A program made the translations under genes and the position numbers. This document shows, piece after piece, positions 29,297 to 44,287 of a stretch of 64,000 bases of DNA. The stretch spans positions 13,392,001-13,456,000 of the forward strand of contig OX597815.1 in NCBI GenBank assembly GCA_951406725.2. Direction: 5' to 3'. The DNA comes from Octopus vulgaris (taxonomy: Eukaryota). The notes beneath the pieces are model-generated. The model had not been told where the DNA came from. It saw only the letters and a program-made list of their open reading frames with translations, and searched no databases. Numbering within the stretch: position 1 is the first letter of the stretch; each line of letters begins with the position of its first letter.

Positions 29297-29727
29297 CCAT
29301 CCATACGCAACAACGAAATATACTTGTCTTAAGAACTGACGTCAGAGTGCTAAACAGTTGATGGGTAAAATAAATCCTGGTAATATTCAAATTGTATGTT
29401 TCGGAATCGGTAAAATAGGGTAGTCATTCGCAAATTCTGAAGTCCCATTCCACAGTGTGCATTTATATTTAAGCAAGTATCTATAAGACCTATAGGGTTG
29501 AATTGCATTTCACAGTTATATGTTGCTCCGGTTTCAATTCTCAAAACATAGACGTGGAAGACCGACATCTATATCATGTTTCTCACAACACACTCATAAA
29601 TCTTTGTTCCCTTTAGAGAGCTCCATCTGAGTATTATGCATTAACATTAACATCTGAGTAACGACCTATTGCAAAATGGAACAGTATGTGTATGTATCAA
29701 GTCTTTTTAACATTGTATCAGTACTGA

Positions 29728-29770
<43 letters not shown>

Positions 29771-29860
29771 GTATTTATATGTAAATATATATACATATAT
29801 ATACATATATATACATATATATATATATACATATATACATATATACATATATATATATAC

Positions 29861-29906
<46 letters not shown>

Positions 29907-29955
29907 GTATATATATAACTATACATATATATATATATATCTATATATATATACA

Positions 29956-29987
<32 letters not shown>

Positions 29988-30013
29988 GATATAGATATAT
30001 AGATATATATACA

Positions 30014-30102
<89 letters not shown>

Positions 30103-30105
<3 letters not shown>

Positions 30106-30223
30106 CCTGCTCGCTCAGCCAGCGGGGTGGCGTCATTTGAAGGTTAAAACAATGCGAAGCGCATTGTGACCAGTGATGTGTAACAACATCTGATAGCCTG
30201 GTCGGTCACGGTGATCACGGTAA
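30103..30223 (+). mobile_element. Short element with an RTE-like 3' tail
   Basis: TGTGACCAG..CTGGTCGGTCACGGTGATCACGGT resembles the tail at 22901-22962; inside (TA)n. Confidence 0.55.
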
Positions 30224-30245
30224 TATATATATATATATATATATA

Positions 30246-30405
30246 TATCTGTAAATGTAATATGTGACAATTATTCGGTAGCCAAGCTAAAAGTCTGAGT
30301 TACGGATGGCGAGGTGGAAATACACGTGGATTTCTACCTCGGCACCCGAAACTCTGAGTTTTAGCTTGGCTACCCAATAATTGTCTCATATTACATTTGC
30401 AGATA
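30246..30405. repeat. 160-bp palindrome between (TA)n tracts, with an HHR 3'-half-like motif
   Basis: Axis CACGTG at 30323-30328; GAAAC-TCTGA-GTT at 30348-30360. Confidence 0.8.
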
Positions 30406-30466
30406 AATTCCTCTATTTACATAATATTGAAGTTTCTTTCTTTCTGTTGTTATCTTACCGTTTTTA

Positions 30467-30513
<47 letters not shown>

Positions 30514-31065
30514 TGGGGTCAATGCACACACACACACACACAGAAATATATACATGGACGTGCCATGAGGTGTGTAGTGCGGTTGTAGTTCACTGTTTGT
30601 TCATTACGTATATAATTCTGAAGGAAAGGAACGTATTATGTTGATATAACAGATACTAAGCTTAGATATTTGTAACTCCAGCTTAGTAACACTGTTATAC
30701 CCCATGTTCTTGGATAATCTCCATCTGCCAGGCAGATTCAATACAACTTTCAATAGTTTTCATTTTTAGAATGATTCAAAGTTTCATTGACTTACACTTT
30801 GCCTTACGTACGTGACTATGATATAAGAATTGCAATCGTTTGTTGTTTTGGATGAAGCTGCCTTGACAGTCTTCACTTGGAAATTTTGCCTCGTGCTGTA
30901 ACTTACAAATTAATAACGTTTTTCCTTTGAAATCGGATTTTGTTTCGATGCTGATAAATTATTTGTTTCTGAAGTATATTGAAAGGAAAATTAGTGATAC
31001 CGAAATTAACACTAAATCTATACGAAGCAAACAAAATAGAGTATTCTTTCTTTTTTCTTTCTTGT

Positions 31066-31458
31066 TCTTTTACTTGTTTCAGTCATTTGACTGCGGCCAT
31101 GCTGGAGCACCGCCTTTAGTCGAGCAAATCGACCCCGGGACTTATTCTTTGTAAGCCCAGTACTTATTCTATCGGTCTCTATTGCCGAACCGCTAAGTGA
31201 CGGGGACGTAAACACACCAGCATCTGTTGTCAAGCAATGCTAGGGGGACAAACACAGACATACGCACACACAGATATATATATATACATATATACGACAG
31301 GCTTCTTTCAGTTTCCATCTACCAAATCCACTCACAAGGCATTGGTCGGCCCGGGGCTATAGCAGAAGACACTTGCCCAAGATGCCACGCAGTGGGACTG
31401 AACTCGGAATCATGTGGTTGGTTAACAAGCTACTTACCACACAGCCACTCCTGCGCCT
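31066..31458 (-). mobile_element. SINE family 1
   Basis: Reverse-complement homology. Confidence 0.85.
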
Positions 31459-31599
31459 ATAAGATGTCATTTGTTGTTTTCATTTTGTTTTATTATCAGA
31501 ATTTGTTTTTCTATTATTCGCTTTGAAATTTCCCCTCTAACTCCCTTTTTCATTGTCCTTCCATCCATCCATATTCTCCATCCACTCTTCCTTGGAAAT

Positions 31600-32700
31600 G
31601 AATAGTGTTTTCAGAAATCTCTTACTAAGTTCTAACAGAAGTAACCGCCATTGCACTGTCTGATTGGATTTGTGTGTCCAACCAAAACCATTTATATTGT
31701 ACGACAGTCTTGCTTTTGATTCATCACCAAATCTACTTCCGATTGGTTCGACTTCAAGAAACCTTCATTCCTATAACATCCTGTCTCATTTTCATAATGC
31801 TGGGACCAAACTATTATAATGCGGAAAAGGAGCAGCTTGACATAATGTTTCTCTCTCATCTTGAGCAACGCACCGTCGGAAGGATCTCATTTTTGTATTC
31901 GATATTCGATATCGTACTCTTTTGGTCGTTATTCAAAATTCATAACCATAGGTTCCCACAGGCAAAAAGAAAAAGGAAACAAAAACCGAATCAAAGAAGC
32001 ATGTTTAACTTTTATCAGGATCTCGTTTTCCAAACATTGACTGCTGGAACTGGTGCATTATTGTACCATCTCCTACTGTTCTAGCATCCAGTTCAGTCTC
32101 CGGATTGCCATTGTTCGTGAATACGGCCGCAAGGTACTTAACATTCTATTGAAGGCTTTTAATTCTTCCCAGACCGAATTTGAAATTTCCCAGTGGATTC
32201 GTTACATTATATTTTTGAGCGCTCTAATAATCAGCCCTGTAGCAGTAATCATTGCCCGTAGATGCACTAAGTGTCTTGCTTGAGATTCAGGAGTTCAGCA
32301 AAGGACACTTTTACCTGTTGAGAGAACTTCTCTCTTAAAAATAGAGTAGGAAGAGGGCTAGTTGCTACGAAGCCTGGGGTTTGTCTGCCAGAATACTTTT
32401 TTACAGGATCTATACTCAGATTCTAGCTTAACCCCCAGAGTCCTTCCATGACTTAAGCTTGGTTATTTTAACTATCTCTGCTGCAAACTGTCACGGCTGT
32501 GTATCGTCTAAGCGAGGAATTAGACTTAATTTAATTCAAGTTTTTTGCGTCACCTTTGTTTCCTCAGATGACATCTTTACATTCGTGGTTAAACCAAAGC
32601 ACCCACTTACTACTCTAGTTTGCAGAAAACTACGTTTGGATCAGTTGAAGGCACAATGTTTGATATGTACGTACGTCTTCCAGAGAATGAATGAGTTCCT
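31600..32700 (-). mobile_element. Degraded RTE-clade LINE (RT C-terminal region)
   Basis: Minus-strand peptides NVKYLAAVFTNNGNPETELDART and YGYEF*ITTKRVRYRISNTKMRSFRR, with many stops; boundaries approximate. Confidence 0.55.
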
Positions 32701-33329
32701 ACCGATAACAAATTCGATCCGTGTCCTATGTCCCAAAACATAACAGAGATCACTTTTCCAGCACAAAATTCTAGTAAGGCCTTTTTTGCATTGAGTTCAG
32801 GGCTTCTATTCTTCTTAAACGTTCCTTTCCATGTCCACTGATCTGTGACAACATATTCATTGACGTCTTAAATACATCTAAAGTTGCAATGACATCGTCA
32901 AGAAAGGATTTGTACTTGGGCTAGACTTTTGTTGCAAATACTTGCAACATCCACAGTGGTACTTCTTCCAGGACGACCAACGCATTATTTTACATAATTC
33001 TAATTGCATGGTCTTTGTTTCCATTTGAGAGCTCCATTTGAGTATTATGCATTAACATAGGCATGATGCAAAACAATATAGTAGTATAGTAGCGTTTCAA
33101 TCTTTCGTTGAAATTTATGATGCCAGAGCTAGGTAGCTTGCCAGTAGGGCTTGGCTTTGTTCACTATTTCCTGCTCATTACCCATAAGAGATGTGATATT
33201 CGAATTCTTAATATCTAAAGGCTGTTCACCCCGGACGCTTTTCCTTAGGTCCAGGACACGCATTTTTTATGCTACGACACCATGCGTCCCAACACAGCAA
33301 TAAGAAGGCAAATTCGTATATCAACACTT

Positions 33330-33375
<46 letters not shown>

Positions 33376-35749
33376 CTCTCTGTCTTTAATTTTCTCTTTA
33401 TCTCTTTCTAAGTTTCTTTCTCTTTCGCACAGATAAACACACTTTTTCTCCCATTCTCTCTTACTGATATTACCATTTTATGCCGCCCGGAAGTGGAAGC
33501 AGTGTTTTTGTCCTATAAATCATCAGCTCTTTGACCATCTGTAGCGTTGAAATACGCATCCTAGCTACGACTGATGTCATGCATAGATATCCTCCACCTA
33601 ATGCATCCTCATTATGATTCTTTTAAGCAACGCTTAGTCCCCAAATATCATTCTCCTATAATTCGATGTTCTACTTGCCATCACATCCAACAAGGCCAAA
33701 AGTTATGCACATGCCTGGGGCCTTCATTTCTCAATACATTTAACCGTTTATACATTCGAACATCACATTGTAAATCTAAAAATCATTCCATGAACCGAGA
33801 CATTGACTCCCTCTTTCATTGTGTCCGTATCCACCTCATCTCTTCACAGCAAATGTTCGGAGATTACTTATATGAAGAAACTATACACTGATGTACACCT
33901 CCACTAAACTTTTGTGCAACTCAGCAAGACCTATTACAATCTATAAATGCTGAAACAATTTGTAAATGAGAACCTTTGTCGAAGAAAGCACATACATGCG
34001 ATTAGCTAGGACAGCCTCACAAATATTGACCATCATCTTGAAGACCAAAATATTTTCCAATATTACATACTGGACTACTCTTCCTACAGCGGGAGCTGTG
34101 CCTGCTACGCATTCGAAAATCTTGACCGTATCCTGAAAAGCCCACTCGGTCTATTAGCATTCAATAACTTAGATGAAGGACCCAGTTTCCGACCCACAGG
34201 CATAATGTCTTCTCTTAGTGTCTTTACTATCGCATGCAATTAAATGGCCTCTGTTTAACGGAACCAACTGGTCTTCAATCGTCACCATCCTTACACGCCC
34301 AGCCCCGGTGCATTCCCAACACTCGTCGCTTTTGATGTCCTCCAGATTCAACAAATAAATCAAGAGGAGCAATAACACATATACACTCACATATAAACTT
34401 GTAAGTACAGACATACACACATTCATATATACGTGTGTGTGTGTGAACGTGTAATGTATTTCGCGTAATTTCTCCTTGGTTTCCCACTGTTATGTTAAAA
34501 AGATTTTCCTTAATATCATGCTTTGGGATATGTCACAATTTTATGTACAGTGGAACGTGACCATTTAGTATCACATCAATGGTTGTTCGTCGCTTGATTA
34601 GAAAATTTCATGAAACAATTATACAGTGGCAAGAAAATTGTCGCTTGTTTGTGCGATGTCTACCTACAACATCGAGTAGGTCAAGTGAGCTCTTAGTCGC
34701 TCTAATACCTGCAGTTATGGGAGAGTCTAAGAGAAAATTGTTTATAAAATTTTCGTTCTGCATATTTATGAGATACTATCTGCAAAAATCGATTAGATTA
34801 CTTCAATTTTTTTTTATACTGAAGACTGCAAGAACTAGGAATAACATGTGTCATTGTTAGAAGCCAGACTGTCCATAGATATGGCATAAAGTAATGCTTG
34901 AGCAGTCAACAGCGTATTCAACTTGGTATAGATGTTAGCCCTAGTTTCTAAAAAAGAAATTCACCGGTTACCAGAGCAATACCCTTAACCTCAAATTCAG
35001 CTGGCTATAAGTGACTGTATCCCTGATAATTTCATTTACAGGTAGTGGCTGAAATACTAGTTGAGAAGTAACCCCGAGGTTTTAAATGTAACTGATATAC
35101 GGAGATCAGGTAGGAGAGATCTAGTTTGGACAATATACATAAAACAGAAGTCTCAAAGGATATACAGTTTCGGATTTGCTTATGGATAAATAGGATATCG
35201 ATCTAAGTATTAATCCTCCGAAAAAAATTATTTTTCAATTTTCTATTAATTAAGACGACAGGAATAAAGATGAGTTGATATGTTAAGTACCAGTAATACA
35301 AGTAGACACAATTCAACCTATTTCATGATGTAAATTTAAACAATCGACAGTATTATCTAAATACAATTATTAGCAGTTTGTTATTTCATCTCATAAACAT
35401 TAGGTTTTATCGTTCGAGAATTAGCATCTATGCATACCATTATATATATTTAAAGAGATACGAAAAAAGACTGAGACGTTTTTGAAACTTGCTGTTTCCT
35501 GTGAAGTTTTAGTGCTGTTAATTTGAAGCTGATTATAAATTTATTTTGCATTGGTGATGTGACATTTACATTTTATGAAGTCGATGAGAAACATCAACGC
35601 ACATCATCCGCCACCCTACACACACACACACCGCGGATACAGTCATATAGACACTTGCTCAGACACAAAAATCACCCATAAATACAAAACACACGCTCAC
35701 GCACAAGCATAGACGTATACGTACGCACACACCGAAGCATTTATGTGTA

Positions 35750-35838
<89 letters not shown>

Positions 35839-35881
35839 TTATATATATATATGTATATATATATATATACATATGTATATG

Positions 35882-35913
<32 letters not shown>

Positions 35914-36067
35914 ATGTGTATATATATACATATATATATACATATACATATATACATATATATATACATATATATATATATATGTATGTATATATGTATG
36001 TACACACACACATATACATGTGTGCGTATATGCGTACGTGTACATACATACTTACATAAACACACTT

Positions 36068-36124
<57 letters not shown>

Positions 36125-37380
36125 ATCTATGAAATGTTTCTTTGCATTATATATTAATTTATTGAAAAAAGTGAAATAAATGATTAATAGTTTATACAAG
36201 CAAATCGTTTGATATATTTGTATCTATTTGATATTGTTGATCTTCGAGTTTTAAAGAAAAAAAACTTGAAAATAATCAAAGCAATGTTTTTTTTTTTCCT
36301 TGAAATATGACGGAAAAAATCAGGAAGAAAAAGCATTACGTTATACATATATTTAAAGTAAAACATAAGCGCAATATATAGACACAGACAATATTTAGTT
36401 AAACCAAAAAGGTGTTTTTTATATATTATTCACACTAGCTACATAATCTTTTTAATCAAAAATTCATAGTGTTCTCTGAGTGTAATTTGGATATTTGTAC
36501 GAACATGTTTGGATTACGTTAAGTCCCTTTTATTGGTTTGACTAAAGCTTATGCGTTAAGCCTCTTTTTTTCACACAGTTTCATTTCTTAGAGTGTAGGA
36601 TTTAAATTCAGTGAAACAGCTTCTCATAAATAATGTGACTGTTCACATATATACAAACTTGATTATTGAAATATTCACGTTTATGATGTGTATAAAAATC
36701 AATATGAATCAAAATGTAATATTATTACAATACGTAGGAATTATATGAAACAACGACGTACATATTTTTGTTACAGTATAGCCTTCGACTTTTTATCCAT
36801 GAACTGGTTAAATATACAAAACATTAAACTGCGCCGTGTGTAAAGTAGCTTATGAAACAGCATGATATTCCCGTGGCCTCTGTTTTGTATGGTAATGTGA
36901 AGTCAACCACTTTTCCGACCAAATTATAAAAACAAGTTCCGTTTTTGGATTCGGTTTGCAAGATTCTTTATATGAGTTCGTGTGTTGAAGCATATTCAAC
37001 AGTCAAGACTATTGAAGAGTCAAGAGTCAATATTATTTAAAAGGTTGCAAGACGCAACGAAAATTTTAGAACAATAAAAATGAGAAAAATATGTGGAAAT
37101 GTTACCGGTGAGTTTGTTAAATAATAAGGCACAAAAAGAAAATTACTCTCCCCAGACACAATATAAAAAAAGGGTTAAGATTTAAACATTCGTAAAACGA
37201 TATCACAAAGGGTTCCACACAAGATTCCACAAATACTCGTAGATTAATCTGTGTATCGTCAAGTTTAGATTGTATAATTTAAGTGTAAGAAATCTACGGA
37301 CCAAAATTATATATTTTATAGTTTGCCAGTCATTTATTGAATGCACATAGGATATATCCAGTATATTATTTTCCTGACGA

Positions 37381-37613
37381 AAGGCGGTGAGCTGGCAGAA
37401 TCGTTAGTACGCCGGGCGAAATGCTTAGCGATATTTCGTCTGCCGCTACGTTCTGAGTTCAAATTCCGCCGACGTCGACTTTGCCTTTCATCTTGTCAGG
37501 GTCGATTAAATAAGTACCAGTTACGCACTGGAGTCGATATAATCGACTTAATCCGTTTGTCTGTCCTTGTTTGTCCCCTCTATGTTTAGCCCCTTGTGGA
37601 TAGTAAAGAAATA
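37381..37613 (+). mobile_element. SINE family 3
   Basis: Full-length homologue; ATTATTTTCCTGAC on both sides looks like a TSD. Confidence 0.85.
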
Positions 37614-38144
37614 ATTATTTTCCTGACAATAGCTACATCCCTTACATTAGTGCGAAAATGAAATATATTTTCCATATACCACACAGATTATGCATTTAAA
37701 CTTATATGAAAAATATATACTGAAATCATTGTGTATTGTAAACCAGAAATTGAGATTCTCTTGCATGTATATCAGATGGTATTTAATGTGGTGTAAAATC
37801 TTTATGTTAACAACCGTCGTATTTAATCCTCAGACTATTTTATATAGACAAACAAGAGAAAATGTCATTATTCATTTCGATAGTAATCTATTGGCACGTC
37901 GTTTTGGGAGACATCAAGAATAAAATTTAGATGTAACGTATTTCTTTGCCATCAAAAGTAAATGCCTCCAAAATATATTTTCCTATTAACACTCTACACG
38001 TAAATGTTAAACATCCCTTTAAAGTTGGAAAATAGTTTTTAGAATGTTATTTCTTTACTTACTTTAAATAATCACAGCAAGGGATTCATTAAATTAAGGC
38101 ATATCGAATATGAAATGATAAAATGTTGGAAACATCGTAGTGTG

Positions 38145-39020
38145 TGTGTGGTGTCAAAAAGTTCGCGGACTAGTTTTGTAGCGCGCCAAAAGATGGCATC
38201 AAACGGTTGCATGCGCTGAGAAAACTTGCAGTGACCTTCATGACGCTGTGTTTACTTTGCAAGTTGTAAAATTTTAGTTTTTGTGATCACGTGTATGCTG
38301 TAATCTGTGGTTTTGTCATGGGCAGGAAAATATTACAAAGGGCCAATGTGAAATTTTGCATTAAATTTTGGAGGTCTGCTACAGAGACATTGATCATGCT
38401 GTGGCAGAATTACGGCGGCGAGGTAATGGGTCGTACGCAATGTTTTAAGGAGCACAGATTCTTCAAAAGAGGAAGAACGTCCCTGGAAAGCATGAGCGAT
38501 CTGGCAGAATTGGCAGGAGCTTCACCTCCGGAATTCTGGAGAAAAGTATTCAAGTTGTGCATGAGGATCGTCGGAGAACAACCAGCGATAGAGCTGACGT
38601 TTGAATTGATCATACAGCGTGTCTCTGCCTAGTTTGACCCCTGCTTCCTGACCACAGAAGAGACAGAACATCGTGTCCAAGTCAAGATCTCAGTCAACGT
38701 GCCGCTGATGACCTATCCTTGATGTCGGGGATCATCGTCGCTATTGGGTTTACAAGTACGACCATGAGACGAAGCAGCAGTGTCCACGTCCTAAAAAGGC
38801 ATGACAAAGCTGTTTTAAAACCGTTGTTGCGATCAAGAGCGAATCGTAGAATGTCCTCGACTCGTTTACGGAAAAGGACTCCCAGGCTGGATTCGAAAAG
38901 TGTCAGCAATGCTGAGACCGGTGTATTACTGCGTAAAATGACAATTTAGAAGGAGGTAATTTTAAAACTTAGGTAACAAGTAATTTTTTTATTACATGTA
39001 ACTAGTCTATGAATTCTTAT
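38145..39020 (+). mobile_element. Internally deleted mariner relic
   Basis: QRANVKFCIKFWRSATETLIMLWQNYGGEVMGRTQCF..FKRGRTSLE matches the mariner N-terminal HTH domain. Confidence 0.78.
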
Positions 39021-39275
39021 ATGTAAGAACGACTACATCGAAAAGAAAATGAGGCTTCTTATTCCTGGCTTTGGTGAACGTATCTTTAACTTTGACCAGG
39101 AGGATTCTATATCATTAACCTGTGGCCCTTTGAGTGTTTTAAATTTGAACCGTAACACCCTTCTTTCAATTGGTCGGCAGTCGTGGCCAAATCACTACGT
39201 ATCATTACCTTTTTGTTTCACAATTAGCTGTAAGACAACCTTTCTGCTGTCTCTCATACGCTGCATACAACTACC

Positions 39276-39333
<58 letters not shown>

Positions 39334-39399
39334 ATGTATTCTAGTGGTTGCAAGTATATCCAAACCGACTGAGCTTGCATGCATTACAGCTAATCTAGA

Positions 39400-40500
39400 T
39401 TGGTTACAACTGTGCCTTCTTTCTCTTCTCCCTGCAATTCTACTTATGTTTTGTGTACTTGGCGCAACACCCTTTTAACGCTTCATTGCAGCCGTCTTCC
39501 CGCAGGACTGTGATTTTGATTAGATTTATCTTCTTTTCTTACCTAAATCATAAAACTCAGTTCGTGTAAAGGAAGTGGGGAAATCGATGTCTACAACTTA
39601 GGTCCACTTTTACATCCAATGATATGCATTGTGTCATAAATTTCACCGTTGATTTTACTCTACAGCTGCTTTTGTCCTTCCCGCACGAACGTATTTGATG
39701 ATGTCGTCTTTCCCTGCTGTGGTGCATCTTGTGTATTTCATACACAGAGATACGAGAGAGTGTTGTGAAATACTTTTCATAGCAACATCGGTATCTCGTT
39801 TGGGTGAATGAGATTTTACACCCTGAATTGATAAATACGAGAGTTCTTTCTTTCACCTCAATGCCCACAGAATTGGTTCACACTCATGCCATGTCGGTGC
39901 TGGTTTCGAAGTTGCAGGAGGATGCCATGCCTCACTCATAGCAGTAATGAGACTTGGAAAATGTCTATCCTCCATAGATATATCGACGGGATCTACGCCT
40001 TGAAGAAGTTACAATTGATCAAATCTTTCTGAGACACAAACTGCACTGCTTTTGACATTCTATTGTCTTACGCCTGAGCCGTTATTTTACCTGGATCATG
40101 TCAACCTTGTCCTTGGTATCTGCATTCCACCATTGTTGGAAAGTGAAAGAACCGAGATACTGACCTTTTGCTCATCCTGAAAGCCTTGACATTCAATCGA
40201 CCTCAGCCAATTGTCTATTTGTTTGGCAGCCTTGGTAATGTTACGCTTGTCAATGAGTAAATAATTTAATACCTTGATAGGGTAGTTGATTGGTTTTTCC
40301 TCAATCTATGGAACAATGTAATCTTGTATTGCTTCTTGATTCTCTTTGCATGTTTGCCTTTCCTGATCATCATTTGTATAGGATTCTGAAGTTTAGATTT
40401 CTTCCTTTTGTAAACTATAAACATAGACGCATATTGTCTCAAACATACATGCGTTTCTGTCGTCTAGTATTTGAGGAAGTCCATTCTTAAATATGCTACC
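39400..40500 (-). mobile_element. Highly degraded LINE remnant (RTE-like)
   Basis: Only weak QYLGS and SEAW-like peptides; boundaries approximate. Confidence 0.3.
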
Positions 40501-40574
40501 AATATTGTCACAGAATATCATTCATCTCTCATCGCAATGCGTGATGTAAAGCATTTCTTCATTCAAACCCCGAG

Positions 40575-40745
40575 ATATATTACCCTTTCTCTCCTTGTTT
40601 TTTCTGTGTCCCTTTCTGTAGAAGAGCTTAGGCTCGAAACATAAAATACTTTTTCTATTCCTGAGCGTTATACTAATGCATCTGTTTGTTTTGTACACCA
40701 CCTGTCATCGTCTTCCGTTTTTTTCGTAAACTCTCCCTGTATATT
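40575..40745 (+). mobile_element. Family B element with a degenerate HHR-like motif
   Basis: CTGTAGA-A-GAGC ttag GCTC-GAAAC at 40616-40640; its 3' part matches 8980-9047 (+) and 9180-9330 (-). Confidence 0.55.
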
Positions 40746-42299
40746 ACCCTAACCTTTTTGCCCCAAATGATATCGTTAGACTAATAATATTTTGTTTAAA
40801 ACACTGGTAATTCAACTCTATTAAACGGGGTTCTGTTCTGTCTATCAATGATATCCGTTGTTTATTTTCTCCTTAATATGTACATGATTGATATCTGCGC
40901 AAGTTCTGGTCGACCTCTGTTAACATAAACTTCGCATAATTTTACGCATTAGTATAAAGCGCTTAGGTTGAATATCATAAGGAATATAAACGACAAAATA
41001 ATTATTTTCAGAAAAATGACTACATGTAATTTAGAACACGTTTAAACTTCTAATATTGTCCTTTCTATGATCTTCCGATGCGGTAGAAAATTTTGAAAAT
41101 TTGTGATTTTACAGTTTGCTGTGAAATTATTTTATATACATATCCTGCAAACGAAATCTGGTAATATTATAAAACACAACTTAATATAAAAATATATCGT
41201 AGTTCTACATGTGTTATTTAATTTCTATTTATGGTGCAATGAATTATTGCACTTATGCGTGCATATTCCTGTTTCCCATTCGTCTTTATATAACTTTCAG
41301 ATGGTAGTTTATTTGAACATAATTAATGATTCGAGTGCGCATTGACAGAGCAGATATGTAGCATTTGTGCAAGTGATCAAAGGCACCTCTTTCATCTACC
41401 TTCGATCTCTCTCACTGGAACAAGCGTAGCGTCCGTTATATCGTTAGATTATCGTTTGAACGAGGAAAAATATACATATCATCTATGAAGTAGCGTTGCT
41501 TTCAACTCCGCAACATTACAGCATTGGAAAAATATTAATACCTGCAATTTCCTATTTAATTTAATTTCAACAGCTAACGATGCTGAATATTTGGTTTTTA
41601 GTTCTTACAATATTCAGTCTTGATGATCTATACAGAATATTGATCATGAAAGTTTTATCAATTTTAAACATTTAACATACAGCTCAATAATGAGCGCCTA
41701 GAAAGTCCAAAGTTAATTCACTCTCTTCTATGAAGCAGTAGGTGGAATCTCTTAAATCCTTGTGCAGCAGAAACCTAAATAACAGATGCCAAGCTATATA
41801 TATTTTATGTTCTTATTATGGGATTTCTGATTTCAAATGTAAGATTTCAAGAAATGCCTGATTATGACTTATAAATGTTATTTCTAAAAGATCACAACAC
41901 TACGAATGGAGAAAAAGCAGTGTTAGATAAGGATTGCAAGTAATACTTATGTCGCTATGCTTTTCCTATCTCCAATCTGTTCATGAGTTCGTAGTCTGAC
42001 GAATTATGTCCTTATTGTATAATCGACATAACTGCATCTAATTAACACAGCACTATCCAAGCCTCAGAAAAATATATTAAACTATACTATAATTGATATC
42101 GTCATAAAATTTTTGTTTTAACATTGTGTAAGATAACTTCAGATACGATTTTGAATTCTTTCGTGGCTACTCTAAATCATTTTAGCTAGAAACAATATGC
42201 TTAGAGCGTCCAAAATATCTATTGCTCTTTAAGGTAGGAGAATGAAATTTTACCTGGTTTTGCACATTATATGTCGTAACACAAGCGACGACGCAAAGT

Positions 42300-42459
42300 A
42301 GATTGCATCGACCCCAGTGCGTAACGGGTACTTAATTTATCGACCCCGAAAGGATGAAAGGCAAAGTCGTCCTCGGCGGAATTTAAACTCAGAACCTAAA
42401 GGCAGTCGAAATACCGCTAAGTATACCGGCGTGCTGACAATTCAGCCAGCTCGCCGCCT
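42300..42459 (-). mobile_element. SINE family 3 (3'-truncated)
   Basis: Homology to 37381-37613. Confidence 0.75.
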
Positions 42460-43601
42460 ACTCTTATTTCGTATTGCAGCTATCACGTGCAATAACTGGT
42501 TGCGCTAATCAGCGGCTTTTACGGAAGCAGTGATTTGCACAAATACAAACTTGTGACCTGTTCAGATATGCTTCAGTCATATTCGAACTCGTAACAAAGA
42601 TATCCCCTGTATTTTGTCACAGAGAAAATTTCTCGCTATAAACAGATAGGTGTAAATGTATTGAATGAGTTTGTATTGACGCAAACTACGCGTGCATTTC
42701 AGAGTGATATACTATTGTTTGTATATTTCCTTTCAGTTTCACCGTTAAAATATATTTGCATTATTATCTCTCGAAGAATGGGTTTAGCCTGTTTATATAT
42801 TTACCACATAAGTCATATATATCATATCATGCATTGATAGTGTGTGAACTTAGATGCCGCTGACATTACAGTAAATTATCAATACTTAAGTTATGCGAAT
42901 TCGTAATCCCAGTTGACTGTAACTACCAGATTTGTTAATTGTGTAAACAGATTGGATGCTTGTTTATATGGTATATGATGGAGACATATCTGATATGAAA
43001 CCGATAAGGTTCGAAGATAGGATGTTCATCATGTCTTTAAATCCACAGAGAAAAAGTTAAACCTGCCCTGTTTATATAGCTACAAAATATATCTTACATA
43101 CACACACATACATAAGCAAAAGCACAAGCACACACATATATACATATGTATGTATATATGTATGTATGAATGCAAGTATGTATCCGTGTGTATATTCATT
43201 GTCATATATGCAAACACACACATACATATATATGTGTGTAAGTATAGGTATGCATCCATGCGATTGCATGTATGCTTATGTTCATGTTAGACGTATATCA
43301 ACGTTCAGTATGTTTACCTATTTAGCATTGTACGCTAGAATTGACTGTTGCGTCCGTATCTTTTAGCTACTTATTATCCACTATTGATCAAATAAAAGTA
43401 ATATGACTTCTGACATATTATATGAAAGGTTATCTTTACCCAATAACACAGAGTTACATACGAAAAAAATACTTAGTCATTTCTTTTATTTAAGATAAAG
43501 AAAATTTGTCAAACTTTTCACTATAGTATGAAGTAATTTCTTTGACATCTGAGCGCCGTAGTTATGTTTGTCGATAACGTAGCGCCTTCCGAAATTCATC
43601 G

Positions 43602-44066
<465 letters not shown>

Positions 44067-44068
<2 letters not shown>

Positions 44069-44274
44069 TTAATCCATGAAAACACAAAGAGAAAACATAA
44101 CGTTAGGACGTGGAACAGATATAGTATTATTGGGCGCTCAGGAAGGAAGGGAAGAAGGAGGGTTTAACGGTTCGACCGGAGCTCTTCGTCAGAAACATAG
44201 CAAAAGGAAATATCCAGAGAAGGGAAGACGGAGGAAAAAAATCGCCAACGGTACACACGCGGTCACATTTTGAA
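44067..44274 (-). mobile_element. Family A element (HHR at 44162-44196, GAAA changed to GAAC)
   Basis: Same family, (TA)n on both sides. Confidence 0.8.
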
Positions 44275-44287
44275 TATATATATATAT

